DNA of 64,000 nucleotides from positions 248,001 through 312,000 of the forward strand of contig MU054033.1 of assembly GCA_013239625.1 (NCBI GenBank), in the 5' to 3' direction. The stretch is from Lama guanicoe. Taxonomy: Eukaryota. The position numbers were made by a program, and so were the translations under genes. The notes under the pieces were generated by a model. The model saw only the letters and a list, made by a program, of their open reading frames with translations, searched no databases and was not told where the DNA came from. This document shows, piece by piece, positions 11,084 to 24,600 of the stretch. Within the stretch, counting starts at the first letter, position 1, and each line of letters begins with the position of its first letter.

Positions 11084-11290
11084 GAAATAGATGAACAGCA
11101 AGGACCTACTGTGCAGCACAGGGAACTATATTCAATACCTTGTAATAGCCTATAATGAAAAAGAATATATAAAGGAATAGATACGTATGTATACGTGTAT
11201 AGCCGATCGCTGTGCTGTATGCCAGACATAAACACAGCATTGTAAACTGACTATACTTCATACAAATTCTTTTTTAAAATAAAAAATAAA
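11084..11290 (+). mobile_element. 5'-truncated L1 3' end with target-site duplication
   Basis: aaggacctactgtgcagcacagggaactatattcaatac...gtaaactgactatacttca plus A tail. TSD aaaattaactttcttga (11067-11083) / aaagtcaactttcttga (11288-11304) at a TT|AAAA site. Confidence 0.9.
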
Positions 11291-11694
11291 GTCAACTTTC
11301 TTGAAGAGCTCCTGGCCTCAGCTGGTCCTGGCGGGGACTGTCTTAGGGCCTGTTGTGAGATGTTCCAAAATTGGGCACCCCCCCCCAACACACACACATT
11401 CTGAGGCCTCGAGAATTCATTAACATCTGTCTGGTGGAAGAGCTTCTAAAAAGCATTGGTGCCGCCAGGAGAAACAGGTAGCTTAGGAGATTGCTTTAAA
11501 TCACCAAGGCCTTTTGTGAGCAAGTGAGAGAAACCTGCTTGTGGAAAAAAAAAAAGGAACACAGTTCATGTTGCATCCTAAAATAAAAGGTGGGTGAGAG
11601 GGGAACCTTTATTAACCCTGTCTTGACCTCCAGGTAGTGTTGTGGCATCAGCTGAGAAGAGAGGCTTTCAGACCCCTGATGCCACCCTCCCCAG

Positions 11695-11800
11695 ATAGAC
11701 AGACACACAGACACGGACAGATGCACACACACATGCAGATACACGTAGTGACACAGACTCAGATGCACACACAGACACGCAGACTCAGAAAGGCACACAG
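11695..11800. repeat. Degenerate (CA)/(CAGA) microsatellite
   Basis: gacagacacacagacacggacagatgcacacacacatgcag... Confidence 0.8.
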
Positions 11801-11859
11801 GCTCCCGTCTGGCCACATTGGCTGCTGGAGGTGTTTTGGTAAAAACAAAAGAAACCCAA

Positions 11860-11879
11860 CCCCCCCCCCCCCCCCCCCC
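11860..11879. repeat. Poly(C)20 tract
   Basis: 20 consecutive C. Confidence 0.95.
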
Positions 11880-14800
11880 GAGCCCGCCCTTCACCTTGTC
11901 ACATCGTTCCGCTGGTCGGTGTGTGCGTGGTTAGCTGTGCCCTGGAGGTGCCAGGGGCCTCGTGCTCCGAATGTCTTTATTTTTACGTCCTTTTGACTCT
12001 CTGCCCAGGATCGGTTATGAGGTTTTTCCTTCAACCAAAGTGAAACGTGTCCACTTTTCCTGCAGAGCTCACAAAGAAGCCTTCTCTCCGGTTTCTGCCG
12101 CAGCCGGCTTCCACCGTGTGCTGAAAAAGGATTTGCTTGCTCCTCGTGCCCTTTTACTGCAAACTCCAGAGTGGAGCGTTTGCTTTCGTGAATGCGGGGT
12201 TTCAAGAAAATTCATACCATGTGTCATGGTTAAGTGCGTAAACACACAATGCTTGTTTTGCTCTTTTAAGAGGGCCTGGTGAGGTCGATCACATTTTCTC
12301 ACCGCTTGGGGCCTCTGCCCCCGAGAGCCCAGCCCCACCCCCCCACTCCAAAAAAGACAGAGTCAGGCAGTGGGTGTCCCCTTGGGCGCCCAGGTGGGGA
12401 ATGGGCCCCGGGCTGCTGCTGATCAGCTCAGAAGTGGAGAATTATTTTTGCATTCGAGGTCCTAAATCAGACTGGAACCCCCACTCCCCCCACCCCCGGG
12501 TTTGGATCTCTGAGTGTTTTTGTGTCTTGTGTCATAGAAAGGTGATTTATGAACAAGGGAGACCAGGTAGAGGGTGTGGTGCGGGCGGGACTGGGTGGTG
12601 GTTCTGGAATGTTGCAGGTGAGAGGAGAGTGGGGAAGGACTGCAGACGTGAGGGGAGGGTACTTGCAGCCCACCCACGGCCAGGGGTGCCGTTCCAGGGG
12701 AGTTTGGAGGAGACGCCTTGCAGCCGAATTCTGCACCAGGTGGGCCCCCCAGCCAGCAGGAGCTCCCGATGGGCTGGCCTGACACCTTCCCTCTGAGCCT
12801 TCAGGTTAATCCAGCCTCAAGCTTGTGGTTTGGGTGGCTTGCTCTGTCCCCGGACGGCCTCGGACCACCTGGTTTAACTTGCCTTTACGAGCCATTGGGC
12901 ATAGCTGAGCTTTTCAACGGGCTGCTGTTTTCCTCTATTAGGAGTTGCAGCGGACACAGTTTTTTAGAGGCCAGAGGGAGCATTATGCACATCAGGTGTG
13001 CTCAGGTTAAGGCGTACGCGAAAGATGTCAACTTCCTAATAAACCGTAAATCTCAAAATACACTCGTGAACGAGGCGGGAAGAGCCCACACGTGCCCGTG
13101 TGAAACCCGTCTTGTGAGGGCAGTGGGAACACTGGGTGATTTCTGCTTTCCCTGAAATGTGTATTTCATGTGGCAGTTTGACAAGGAAAACAATCATTTG
13201 AGATGAAAAAAAAAACAACCCTGCACGTTCCAGTTAGAATGTGTGAGCAAGGGCCATGTTAATCTGCATTTCTTATTCTTTCACTTCTGCTTTGTTGTTC
13301 AGGAATCAGGGTGTGGGGGGAATCGCTTAAACCTACAACAGTGCTGAGGAAGCTTTTTTTTTGTTTTGTGCTATTTGCCAAACGTGTGTAAATCAGTCTA
13401 AGAACCCCGAGCCTTAAGAAATTTTCTTGCGCACATTTGGAATCTTTCCTCTCCTTTTAAAACAGTTTAAACATCTTGAAAATGAGACAGCTGGGAAATG
13501 AACAATTTATGGGGCGCCTTTGAGGGTAACTGCCGACCCTTTAATTGATCGGCCCCCTCCCCAAGCCCCTCCGCATCTCTCACCTTTGGATGGTGTTCGT
13601 AAAACGTGCAGGGGTGGAGAGGTCTGTTGTAACATAGCCAGGTTTTTCTCCCTTACCCTCTTACTTAAACAGTTAAGCCTCAGCTTGTAATATTTGGTGA
13701 TTTTTTCAAACTGTTACAATTTTTGGTTTCGCTGGGTGGTTGTGATCATATACATATGTACATATAACCAGGAAACATTGCAGAATAGAGATTCTTAACG
13801 AAAGATTTAATAACATATATAATATTTTTTTTAATCTGAAATGAACTTTTTAAATAGTTTTTCTTGGACACACATTTCCTAAAGAAAAATGACTTTGTGA
13901 ATTTTATCCTGATGGTTCTCAAATCCAGTCGTCTTCAACTATTGTAACTTCTTTCCTCTGGAAACAAACATTAACTGGAGTTGCAAATAAATATCACCCA
14001 AATTTTAAGTACAGCATCAGTCCACTGCCTTAGAGCAGACACACGGAACGAGGGGCAGCGCTCAGGTGGCCTGGGGTGTCCTGGGCGGGGAGCCTGGAAG
14101 CCCAGACTTGCCGAAGATGCCCGTCTCTTTCCCCAGGAGTGAGGGAGCCTGGCGCAGGTGGCATCTCACCTGGTGGTTCAGGGTCCCTGGGGGACAGTTC
14201 TGGAAGCCTGGAAGCAGAGGTTGCAGGCTCATGAGACCTGAGCCTGGGAGTGGCACAGGGTCACTTAGTCTTATTCTTCGGGTCAGCACAGCCAGGGAGC
14301 CCACCCAGATCCAAGGGGAGGTGGGAGAGGACCAAGGCATTGGGACGCCTTCAGCCCGCTGTGTGAATTCTTCCTTTGGACCGTCTCAGTGGCCATCACC
14401 TTCGGAGTCTGCTGGTCCCTCTGCGTGCTCGGAGGCTCTGAGTCCATCGGTCCTGGGTGTGGTCTGGGAATGTGTACTGTTTCAAAGTCCTCTCGGGGTT
14501 CTAAAGTGTGGCCAAGGTTAAGAGCCACTGTCGTGATTGAACAGAAGTAGGTGTTTGGTGTGCACGTTCTGCACAGAGTCGGGCCTCAGTAAGTACTTAG
14601 TGGGGTGGGTTTTCCTGAGACAGCTGCTTGGGAAGGGAGGCCCAGGAGACCTGGGTGCAACCAAGGGCGACAAGAGACTTTGGTCCAGAGACTCTCCCTC
14701 TTTGGCCTCCGGAAGAGTGTCCCAGCTCTCACCCCGCACACCAAGTGCCTGTGTAGTCCTTGCCACAACTTGTGATTCACAATCAGACAGGCTGCGAAGA

Positions 14801-16235
14801 CAGTGAAGATCAGACAGGCTCTGAGAAGTTCCGAAATGCACCATGAGGTGGGCATCCCGTGAGCAGCAGCAGACCCCGGGCAGGGCGGCTGCTGCATCTG
14901 GCCCCTGCATCCTCACGGCAGTGCACACAGGAGACCTGGCCCAGGATGTCCTTAGCATCGCTGTACATGGCAGTAGAAGAGGAACACTTGAGCCACACAT
15001 GACATTGTGGGCGGACCCCCCCCGCCACTGGGATGGTCAGACCGGAGAAGGAAGCTGCAGCGAGCCTGTGGGATTCCACATGCAGAACTGTTGTTCTTAA
15101 ACCTACAAACAATGGACGTGGCAGAAGTATACAGAGAAGTGGGGCAGTGATGACCTCAAGGGCCTTGCTGTGGTGTTGAGAAGTCGAGAAGCGGTCACCT
15201 TTGGGAGGGGAAGGCCATGCAGAGGACAGATCCGTGGAGAGTGTCTTTGTAGCATCTTCTTGAAAAACAGGTCTCACGAGGCGTCCTTCCTAGGCTGGTG
15301 GGCAGTTTCGCCGCCAAGGGGCCAGGCTTCAGTCTCCACATGTGTCCTTCGGCCTCCTCCCGTGGTCGCAGGTGCCCTCGCCTGCAGTCTTTCCCTCTCC
15401 TGCCTCTGTGGGTCTGCCTGCAGGGACCAGGGACGTCGTTCACTGTTATCACGGATCTTACCAAAAGATGCCGTGGGCTCCTGAGCTAGCGGCTACGTGT
15501 CGGGAGCAACCCTGGGGATGCGTTTCCCGGCTGGTGATGGAGAGACGTGTCTGGAACTTCACCCTGCAGCGTGCCAGGGCAGCCCCTGAGGTGCTGAGCA
15601 TGTTGTTCTTACTGCTGTGGCTTTTCAGGGTACGGAATGGCAGGTTGGGGCGGTGGGTAGCGATGGAACCCTGCAGCTGATGCCCCAGTGCAGTGAAGTT
15701 GCAGATGTCTTAGAGAAGCCTCTGGAAACGGAGCTTAGCATGAGTAAGATACAAGGCTGTGTGTTACCCATACTTGGTAAACGAGGCACCTCTTGGCTTT
15801 TGTTAGCAAAAGGCTCTCCCTGAACCAGCCGGGCTGGCCGCCTTGGAGGAGGGGGAGGCCTCGGCAGGGCAGGGCTTGAGGCTGCTTCCAGCAGGGGGGC
15901 GGCCTGGAGACCGAAGGGGCCGTGTTTCTGCAGGGCCTCCGGGCCTCCGACATTCTGTCCCTGTGCTCAGACCTGCGCGGGCCCCTCCGCCTCCTCCCGG
16001 CCCCCGCCCGCCTGACGCGTGTGCTCAGACATAAGGCAGAGCGCATTCTTCTGCCCGGCTGAGAAAGCCGTCATTTCCTGGCGGAGGGCTTGGTCACGTT
16101 GTAAAGTGGCCTCAAGGCAGAGCCCACGCTATCGGGTTTTATTAGGACTGTGTTTATTTTGAGCCCCGTGGGAGTCAGAGCTGTTACTCCAGTGGAACTT
16201 TTAGGTAAACCTTCAGGCTGCGTCTGATGGGCACA

Positions 16236-16285
16236 CCTTCCTACCTTCCTTCCTTCCTTCCTTCCTTCCTTCCTTCCTTCCTTCC
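16236..16285. repeat. (CCTT)n microsatellite
   Basis: About 12 CCTT units, one variant. Confidence 0.95.
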
Positions 16286-17796
16286 AGGACTCAAAAAAAG
16301 TTTTTCTGGGCCCCCAAGTCCCAGGGGCTTTCGCTTGGGACCCATAGGTTCTGAGAAGGCTTTAAAAGCTCTATTCCACACCACTTTTTCATTTTGGAAT
16401 TTTAAGTGTTTGGGTAGATGGGTCCATTACCCAGCGTCGTGGTTTTTTTTTTTTTTTAAAAGCTGGAACATAAATCTTGCTGACTTTTGCTTTGCTCGGC
16501 CTTAAAGAGCAGCCCCGCGGACCTGTGCTGGGGGCACCTTTTCTCCCCATGTCTCCACGTGGGAGGCTTGGTTGGGAGGTGGACAATTCAGACAGAACAC
16601 ACGCCGGCACCGGGTCAGGATTCACGTTTGCTCAGTGGCTGGATTAAAAAATGAAGCACAAGACACAATGGCCCTTCAGGTAGGGCTGGCTTTAAGAGCA
16701 AGCAGCCGTCCAGTGAGCTCCGCGTGGCAGATTCCAAGTGGGGGAAGCAGACCTGGTGGCCTCCAAGGAGCTGGTGAAGGGAGATTGATGGGCGGCAGGA
16801 GGGAGGGGGTGCCCCAAGGGAGCTACGCCTGCTCCGGCGCCCACGCCAGGTGCCCGCTGCTCCCAGTCCCGTCCCCTGAGCCCAGGCTGTGCCTTTCTCT
16901 CAGGGTAACAAGATGATTTACTGGTCTTGTCATGGAGATCAGTTTGCAACCCGAGATGGATTTTTACTTTCCATTCATCAGCTGCAGTGGAATCTGGATG
17001 ACATTTACAGCCCTGCATCTCTGGATGAGGGGCCAGCCCCTCTCCAGGCCCCTCTGGGACAGTTCCTGACCTCAGCTAGCAACGCCTGAGGCTGGGGGCA
17101 GGACCACGGGGAGAAATCCTGCTCACACAAAGATGCTGGGCTGGGGAAAAGTGGGTCTGATCAGGGTGTTCAAACCTAAGCAGCAGGGCCTGAGGAGCTC
17201 TCTCTCAGCTCGTGGGGAGGAGGGCACTTGAGTCCACTCTCCCAGCGTGGGACCCAGCAGAGTGGACCCGGGGAAGGCTGGCAGGACAGGAGTCGCTGCG
17301 GGTGATGGTCAGGTCCCACGGGGTCCGCAGGCTGGGGTGGGACTCGGGCTGTTCTCCCACAGGAGGGGAGGCCCTAAGAGACTGTGCTCAGAGCCGGATG
17401 TGTGGGTGCCAGAGGGGCACCAGGGCTCCGGAGCGCCCAGAGGATGCGTCCGTGTACTGGGAGGGGATGCGGCCATGTACTGGGAGGGGATGTGGTGGTG
17501 GTTGGGGCAGGGCTGGGGAGCTGCGATGTGGGCGTGATGCACTCGCCCGCCTCCCCTGCTCCTCTTCTGGGCTCCTGGGGGGGAATCCATCCATGCCTGT
17601 ACCCAGGCCCAGGTTGCGCTTTTCAAGTCTGGAGGTGTGGGGCGGCTCCTCCCAGGAGAGCTGTGTGCAGCCGGGGCCGCTTCTCACCCACCCAAGCCCC
17701 TTTTCCACTGAGATTCAGGCCTGCAGGGGCTCCTGGTCTCCCCCAAGATGAAGATTGCATTTCTGTTTCTATGTTGTTCGGGAGTGATTTGGGGAG

Positions 17797-18170
17797 TGCA
17801 TTAGTTAGGGTCCAACAAGAGAAAGAGAACTGGTAGGAGACACACAAGAAGAGACTGACCGTGGGGAACTGGCCCGGAGCATCGCCTGGCTAGTGGAGGA
17901 CGGGCAAGTGGAGACCCATCGTCGGGCAGGCCGGGGGGCAGGGCTGGACTCTGGCTCCTGCGGAGGCTGCTGCGCACACACAGCTGGGTGCCTTCCTCCT
18001 GTTGGGGGGGGATGCTCCGCCCTGCCCAGAGGCTGGGCAGCTGATCAGCCAGGCCCACCCAAATCTTCTAGCGTGACCCCCCTCCTTAAAGCCAGCAGGT
18101 GATGGCTGGTAATCACACACAGCACACACCTTCTTCTTTGGTTGAATGGGCCGGCCACGTGGACCCGACC
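17797..18170 (-). mobile_element. MLT2-like (ERVL) solo LTR, diverged
   Basis: ttagttagggtccaacaagagaaagagaactggtagg...ggaactggc...aggcccaccca...cttaaagcca...ggtaatcacac resembles the MLT2 reverse strand. Confidence 0.5.
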
Positions 18171-18274
18171 GTGATGAGGGGATGTGAGCGGGGAGCACGC
18201 TGTGTCCGCCTGAACAGAGATGCTAATTAATGCTAATTTGTCTCATTGATCTTTCTCTTTTTAATTGTCAGCTC

Positions 18275-18427
18275 TTTCTTCTTTTCTTTTTTAAAAAAGT
18301 TTTTTGGGGGAAGTTAATTAGGTTTACTAATTTATGTATTTATTTTTTGGAGAAGGTACTGGGCATTGAACCCAGGACCTTGTGCATGCTAAGCATGTGC
18401 TCTGGGGCCTAAGCCATACCCTCCCCC
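18275..18427 (-). mobile_element. tRNA-Ala-derived camelid SINE (Vic-1-like)
   Basis: T-rich tail, taattaggttt, then ggtactgggcattgaacccaggaccttgtgcatgctaagcatgtgctct...ataccctcccc. The head runs into a C15 tract. Confidence 0.9.
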
Positions 18428-20599
18428 CCCCCCCCCCATTTCCTCCATAGCTAACTACAAGGTTTAAATTTTAATGTAGAAAACAGAATCGATGTCAGTC
18501 TAAAGAAACACCCCCCACTTCCTGTAACAACGCAGATGGGACCAGCACCCCACGATGTCCTGGCCACGGTGAGTGCCTCACTTGGGCTCTTTCCATTCTT
18601 CACCTCAGTTTTACCAGATCAGCCCTGCGGTGACTGGTCACGATCACCAAATGGTCAGTTCGGAAGTCCACACCGGACAGAAGACCTGAGCCCAGCGCTG
18701 TGCGCAGTGTCTTTGGTCTGGGGAGTCCTGGTTGGGATCCCCTTTCTAGAGTCAGGGGCACGATCGGTTCCACGTGGCCTCTTTTCGCCTGGAGGGGAGA
18801 CGGGGCCCACCTCTCTTTGGGGTGCGTACCTGGCCCGAAGTCGCTTTGCCTGCCTACTTACAGGAGCTACCTCATGCTCACGGATGCAGTGGTGGCGTGA
18901 AATCCTTGATTCATTCCAACCGAACTCTACCGGTTCCTTCCAGGAAAGTCGTTTGATTTGTTCGCCCCCAAAATGCAACTCCTGCACACTTTCTTTTTCC
19001 TAAAAACAAACCTATGCTGCAAAAGTAATAGTATGAATTAAAAAAAATTAAAATCGAAAACAGTGTGTGATGTTAATTTCTGCTTTCCGATTTCTCAGAT
19101 AAATATAGTTACTGGTAACAGTCTGGTGTCTGTCTTTCCAAACTTGATTCCTCTGTGTATACAAAACCTCTGTGTTTGTGCGTGTGTGTGTGTGTATGTT
19201 TGGAGTGTTCACATTAACTTTTTAGGGGAAACTCTTTTTTCTCCGAATATTGTAACATAAACATCGTTTACTTCAAGGGTTGGTTGTGTAATTCTTCCTT
19301 ATTCTTTTTAATGGCTGCAAAATTAACTAGAAGTCCCATTTCCTGTGTAAATAAACTGATGGTTGCCCGGGGCTGCCGAGTTCCTCTCCCCAAAGTCTGC
19401 ACACATCTGCTCCCGCGAGTGGGGCTGTGTGCTGTCGGTCAGGGGTCTTCCCAAACCTGCTCGTGGAAGCTGTGTCTGTTACCACCCGCACGTAAGCGTA
19501 ATTGCATAGCTCGTGAGTCCACCACGCAGAGAAAGGGGAACTCACGTTGAATGCTCTGAAGGCACGCGGTGGGAAAAACGAGTGAAAACCTCTCTGTTGA
19601 TTTCGGTGTTAGGTCGTCATGAAAATTGATCCGGGTTTTGTATTCAGTGTCACAGGTGTATGTAAACACGCGGCTTCAGGAAAACCCAACCAGGAAATCG
19701 ATGATAAATATTACCGTATATGGGATTTGTGAAGAAATTAATGTAAACAGAAATCAGCAGATTTCTTTTTACTCCAAGAGAGGGCCTGGGCTCCACTTCA
19801 GTAGGTGGATTAATGAGGGTTCTTTTCTGCGCTTTAGCTCACAGTAAAGTCCTCACTGTAGGGACGTCACTTCTTACGATTTCTCCGCTTGCAGTCTTTG
19901 GCTTCCGTGAACCGACCATCTCCACATCCTGATCATGCTGGTAAGAAGGTGTCGGCTGACCTGTGTTCCGGAATAAGGCTGTGCCTTCATTTCATCCCTC
20001 CCTGCTCTCATTATTTAAAATTTCCTTTTGGGTGGTTCCTTGGTGCCCGGACGTACTCCCAGATGACACCAGAGCTTGCCGCCTGCTCCGAGATGCCTGT
20101 GTGTAATTACAGACATGCCTGTGAATGTGACCCTACGTTTATAAGGATGGCACAGAGCGTTCATTCATCTGTCTCACTCTGAATGCACTTCGGGGGAGTG
20201 GCCGCACGTGCAGACAGTGGGACCGTGTGACAATGGTGAGTTAATATGTATTTAAGTTCTACCTTGAGGTCATTTGAGAATGAAATCCTCCCTCATTTTC
20301 AGCTTGTGTTTACTTTCTGATGTCTATAATCATTTAGACATTATAAATAGGGAGATTATGAGGTACTCAAAAGGCTTTTAAGAAAATCAATCACCTATTT
20401 CTCATTTTATAAAACCATAGGGAACTAGAGATAGAAGGATAATTTTTTATAATGTCAGTTAATATCTGTGCCAAACTAAAAGCAAGTATCAGTGGCGTAA
20501 CCTGGATACTTGCATTGATGACAAGGCCAGTTAAAACAGCCTTCCCTGATGTTGCTTTGCAAGTCTTGCCAATGTACTAAGACATGAAACAGAAAGGAA

Positions 20600-21760
20600 G
20601 GGAGATTTAATGGATCGTACGAGACTGAGTATCTTAAAAGTCCAAGTGAATAGACTAAAAAAATGTTAGAATGAATGAATTCATTACTGCATTTGGAAAA
20701 AATAAATTTGGAAAGGCTTTCCTTCTCTATCACCCATAATCAGAAGCTGTATGGGGGCTGGAAATTCGACTGTGAAAAGCAAAGCCAGGTCAACCACACC
20801 ATCATACCATGAAAAAGAAGTGTGGGTTCTCTTGAAGTAACCTAAAAACTTTACCAAGCGATACGAAGGCATGTCAGAATAATGCAGTGTTTTTCAAAGG
20901 ACAGTAATTTATTCATTCTCTGGAAGATGATGTTTTGAAGATGTCAGCTCTTCTCACAGTAGCAAACATTTAAAGTCATCTCAATCCTGGGTTCAATCCC
21001 CAATACCTCCTCTAAAAATAAAATAAAACCTAATTACCTCCCCCTGCCAATTAAAATCATCTCAGTCCACATCCCACTTTGGGGGACTTTGGCGGGGGGA
21101 GGGGGGAGGACACTGGACAAAATGACCCCATGGCGTATCTGAAAGATTAAAGAAATGGTTAAATGGCCAAGAAAATTTGCGTATGAAAAGTGGTAAAAGG
21201 AGATTTTTCACTATGTTTAAAAACGTGTTGTAAAGCTGCAAACGCTAAAACAATACGGTGCTGCCCCCAAATGATGATAACCCATAGGTGAGCAGACGAA
21301 GGACACTGGTAAGTTCACAGAAGAAAAGCCCTAATGGGGGATAGAGATGTAACCATCCTCAGAATCCTTCAAAGTCCAGAAATAGGAGTTCAACTTAATG
21401 ATGGGCTACTTTTTGGCTGTCAAATTGCGAAGTTTTGGAAAATTACAGGTTTACACGCTGCTGATCAGTGTGTTAACGGGACCACCCTCTTTACCCCCAT
21501 CTTTGTACTTTCACTTCCAGAGCATATGGAGAGAGAAGTAACTAAGGATGTATGGACAAGGATGTTTATCGTAGCTTTATTTGGTACAGTTAACGATGAG
21601 AAACAGTCTGAGTGTTCAGTAGCTGGAGGAGGGTTAAGTCAACCTGGTAAGCCACGTAGACATAGGGAGCTGTTTTGTAGACATTTTTAAAGAAATCACA
21701 TTTTTCTGAGAATAATTAATGAGACAGCAAAATCTTCATAATACAATGTTACCTATAATA
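20600..21760 (+). mobile_element. Ancient L1 (L1ME-like) ORF2/3' remnants
   Basis: Degenerate motifs aagatgtcagctcttc, ggccaagaaaattt, tgtaaagctgca and caaggatgtttatcgtagctttattt. Confidence 0.55.
20985..21052 (+). mobile_element. 5'-truncated Vic-1-like SINE with TSD, inside old L1
   Basis: tcctgggttcaatccccaatacctcc...cctaattacctcccc. TSD aaagtcatctcaatcc (20972-20987) / aaaatcatctcagtcc (21053-21068). Confidence 0.85.
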
Positions 21761-22677
21761 TGGAAAAAAAATCTTACATCTGTTCAACTAAGACATACTG
21801 AGTGCTTAATATGCCACCAGGCAGTGTCCCAAACTCCCAGGATCCGTTGTAACCGTTTAGAAGGACTCCGCTCCTTATAGCGCAGAGTCCAGGGAGGAAT
21901 GTAATAATGTAGCACGCTTAATGATACAGTCACAGAAGGCTCAATTTAGGAAATAACTCCAGCCTTGTAACAAAAAGTGTTTGTGTCCGTAGATAGCATG
22001 TATCTAATTGAGGAAGCTGGAGCAATATGCACCAAAATTTTAATACTGGCTTGGTCTGGGTCAGAGAGTGGCAGGTGAATGGTGTGTTCTTTCTTTCTGC
22101 TTTTCAGTACTTTTCCGATTTTTTATAAAAGCTGATTTTAGATTTTCGTAATTAGAACAAAGTTGGAAAGAAACTCCGTGGACTCCCCTGCTCAAAACGT
22201 CACACGCACAGTAATTTACAGACACAGTAATTACTGCTTGTTTGCATACAAGAGATCATTTGCTTGACCCTTGAATTAGCCATGGGATTCTGCTGACAAC
22301 TTACTGGGTACAGTTGCAAGGTTGTGGAATTTAACCATGATATATTCTGGGGCTTTTTCTGTTTGTTTGTTTGTTTTTAGGAGCACTTTGGTTGTAATAC
22401 AAATAAAGCTGTGAGTGTGTCAGGGTTAAAAATACCATGAAACATAAGAAATGGGACTCGGAGTATGGGTGGGGCATGGATGGGCACAAAAATAAAATAA
22501 TAAGCAGTGTAGGTGGACGGCTACCTGTAGGGCTCTGATCCACACGTGTGCACTTCACCGTGGGAGGTGTCTTCTCTTTTTACGGATGGCCTGGGGCACG
22601 CAGCCTCCTGGGCGTGGCTGTCACCCGCTCACACTTGCCTGGGCTGGATTTGAACCCAGGGAGCAAAACCATAGGAT

Positions 22678-22840
22678 GGGGGGCAGGGTATAGCTCAGCG
22701 GTAGAGTGCGTGCCTAGCGTGCGTGAGGTCCTGGGTTCAATCCCCAGTACCTCCATTAAAAAAAAAAAAAGATAAATAAATTTTAAAACCTAATTACTCC
22801 CCCGCCCCCAAAATAAAACAAAAAATTTTAAAAAACCCTC
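22678..22840 (+). mobile_element. Full-length Vic-1-like SINE with TSD
   Basis: A-box TAGCTCAGCGG, B-box GGTTCAATCC and A-rich tail. TSD aaaaccataggatgg (22665-22679) / aaaacataggatgg (22841-22854). Confidence 0.93.
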
Positions 22841-24326
22841 AAAACATAGGATGGCAGTTACTTCCTAGCGGCTGGGGGCCAGCACCTTCCCCACTTTCCC
22901 GTCCAGTTGGAGTCTCATAGAAGCCACAAGGGAGAGGACCCGAGAGGCGCTCTCCCTCGCGCCTGTGGGTCATGGCTGGCTTCATGAGCCAGCGTGCCTG
23001 TCACTGGTGTCTTGACAGGACCTTCTCTTTCTTTGCTCTGCTCAAAAATCAGGGTGTTTGTCCACGTCAGCAGTTTGTGGCGGTGGAGAAACTCTGAGGA
23101 TGCTCTGTGGCTTTGCTAAATTACTGCTTCTCTTCTCACAGTCCCATTCAGAGCTGATTCAAAAGTCCTGTGATACAGAAAATACGCCATGTGGTGGGGG
23201 GGCCACATCCCTTGCTGGGGGCGGGGCGTGTGCATCCCCAAACATGGGAGTTGGGTGGTTTCTTCGAAGCTTCCCACTCCTCCCCTCCCCTCCCAGGTCT
23301 CGGGCCGGATGTCCCAGTAGAATTCTTTATCAATCACGGGGCAGTGGCCGCCCTCCAGGTCTCAAGGGCAAGATCTCAAGATGGTTTCTCAGCAACTTTG
23401 TTTTCTGTTTCCCATTTTCCCCCCCAGAGTCATCAGAGGCGAGTTAAATGTGGGCGGCGGGACCTGCCGGTTGGGCAGCCAGCTTGCAAAGCCTGACCCC
23501 CGCCTCCTGGTTGCCCAGGCTGGGAGTGGGGCCTGGGCCCGTCCCGGACGTGCTGCCTCGCACCTCCCAGCACCCACTCTTGTTTGGGGGCGAGCGGCCC
23601 AAGTGAGGTTGTGACTCTATTGCTGGCCCCCAGTCTCGCAGGATCACCGAAGCCTTTCCTTCCACATCCGGGGAGGCAGGCCTGTTTTAAGGGCTTCTGT
23701 GTATTGCAGACCCGTTGCCGGGGTGGAAACAGATGTGTGTGCTTTTCCTGTTGTCCCCCACGTCTGAGAGACACATGTTATTTGTCACTGGCTTCCATGA
23801 GGCCACAAAGAAACTTTCAGACGCTCAGCCATGTGGCCTGTCTGACTTGGGACACGTGACTGAGCCCAGTGCCCCCTCTTCCCTTCATTTCCTGGAGGCC
23901 AGAGGACTGGGGTGCCCTGTGGGAAGTGCTGTTTGCCGGGTTCAGGGGCCTCGTTTTGGAAGAGAAGAACTGATGGCTGGCAAGAGGCCTCCCCCCGCCC
24001 CGGCAGGGCGGGCTTCCAAATTGCAAACACATGGGCTCGCTGCAGAACGCAGGGACAGGTCTCACGTCCTGCCTGGTGAGAGCTGTGTGTCTCGCCCCGA
24101 TGCCCTGTTTCTTGTCAAGGAAACCAGGGCGCCGCATGCCAGGATCAGCGGACCGCTGCCGCAGCGGGGGTGGGGGCCCTCCCTCAGTGTGCCTGCCTCC
24201 AACATTTTTGGTGTTAAGCTGCTGAACGTCAGGACTGGGTTTCATTTCAATCACCCGCTACTTCCCTCTGCATTTTTGGCAAATGATTTCAAAGTCTCTT
24301 TCCCTCTCCTCTCTCTTCCTATGGAC

Positions 24327-24600
24327 TTTTTTCTCAATTGACGTATAACTGACTTACAGTGTTGTGTTAGTTTCTGGTGTACAGTGTAGTGATTCAATTA
24401 TACAGATATACATTCTTTTTCATATTCTTTTTCATTCTAGGTTGCTACAGGATATTGAATAGCGTCCTCTGTGCCGTACAGTAGGACCTTGTTATTTATC
24501 TGTTTTATATATAGGAACTTGTATTTGCTGATCCCAAAGTCCTAATTTATCCCTCCCCACCTTTTTCCTCTTTGGTAACCGTAAGTTTGGTTTCTGTAAG
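24327..24600 (-). mobile_element. 5'-truncated L1 3' end
   Basis: gttgtgttagtttctggtgtacag...gatattgaatagcg...acagtaggaccttgtt...cctaatttatccctcccc...tttggtaaccgtaag. Confidence 0.9.
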
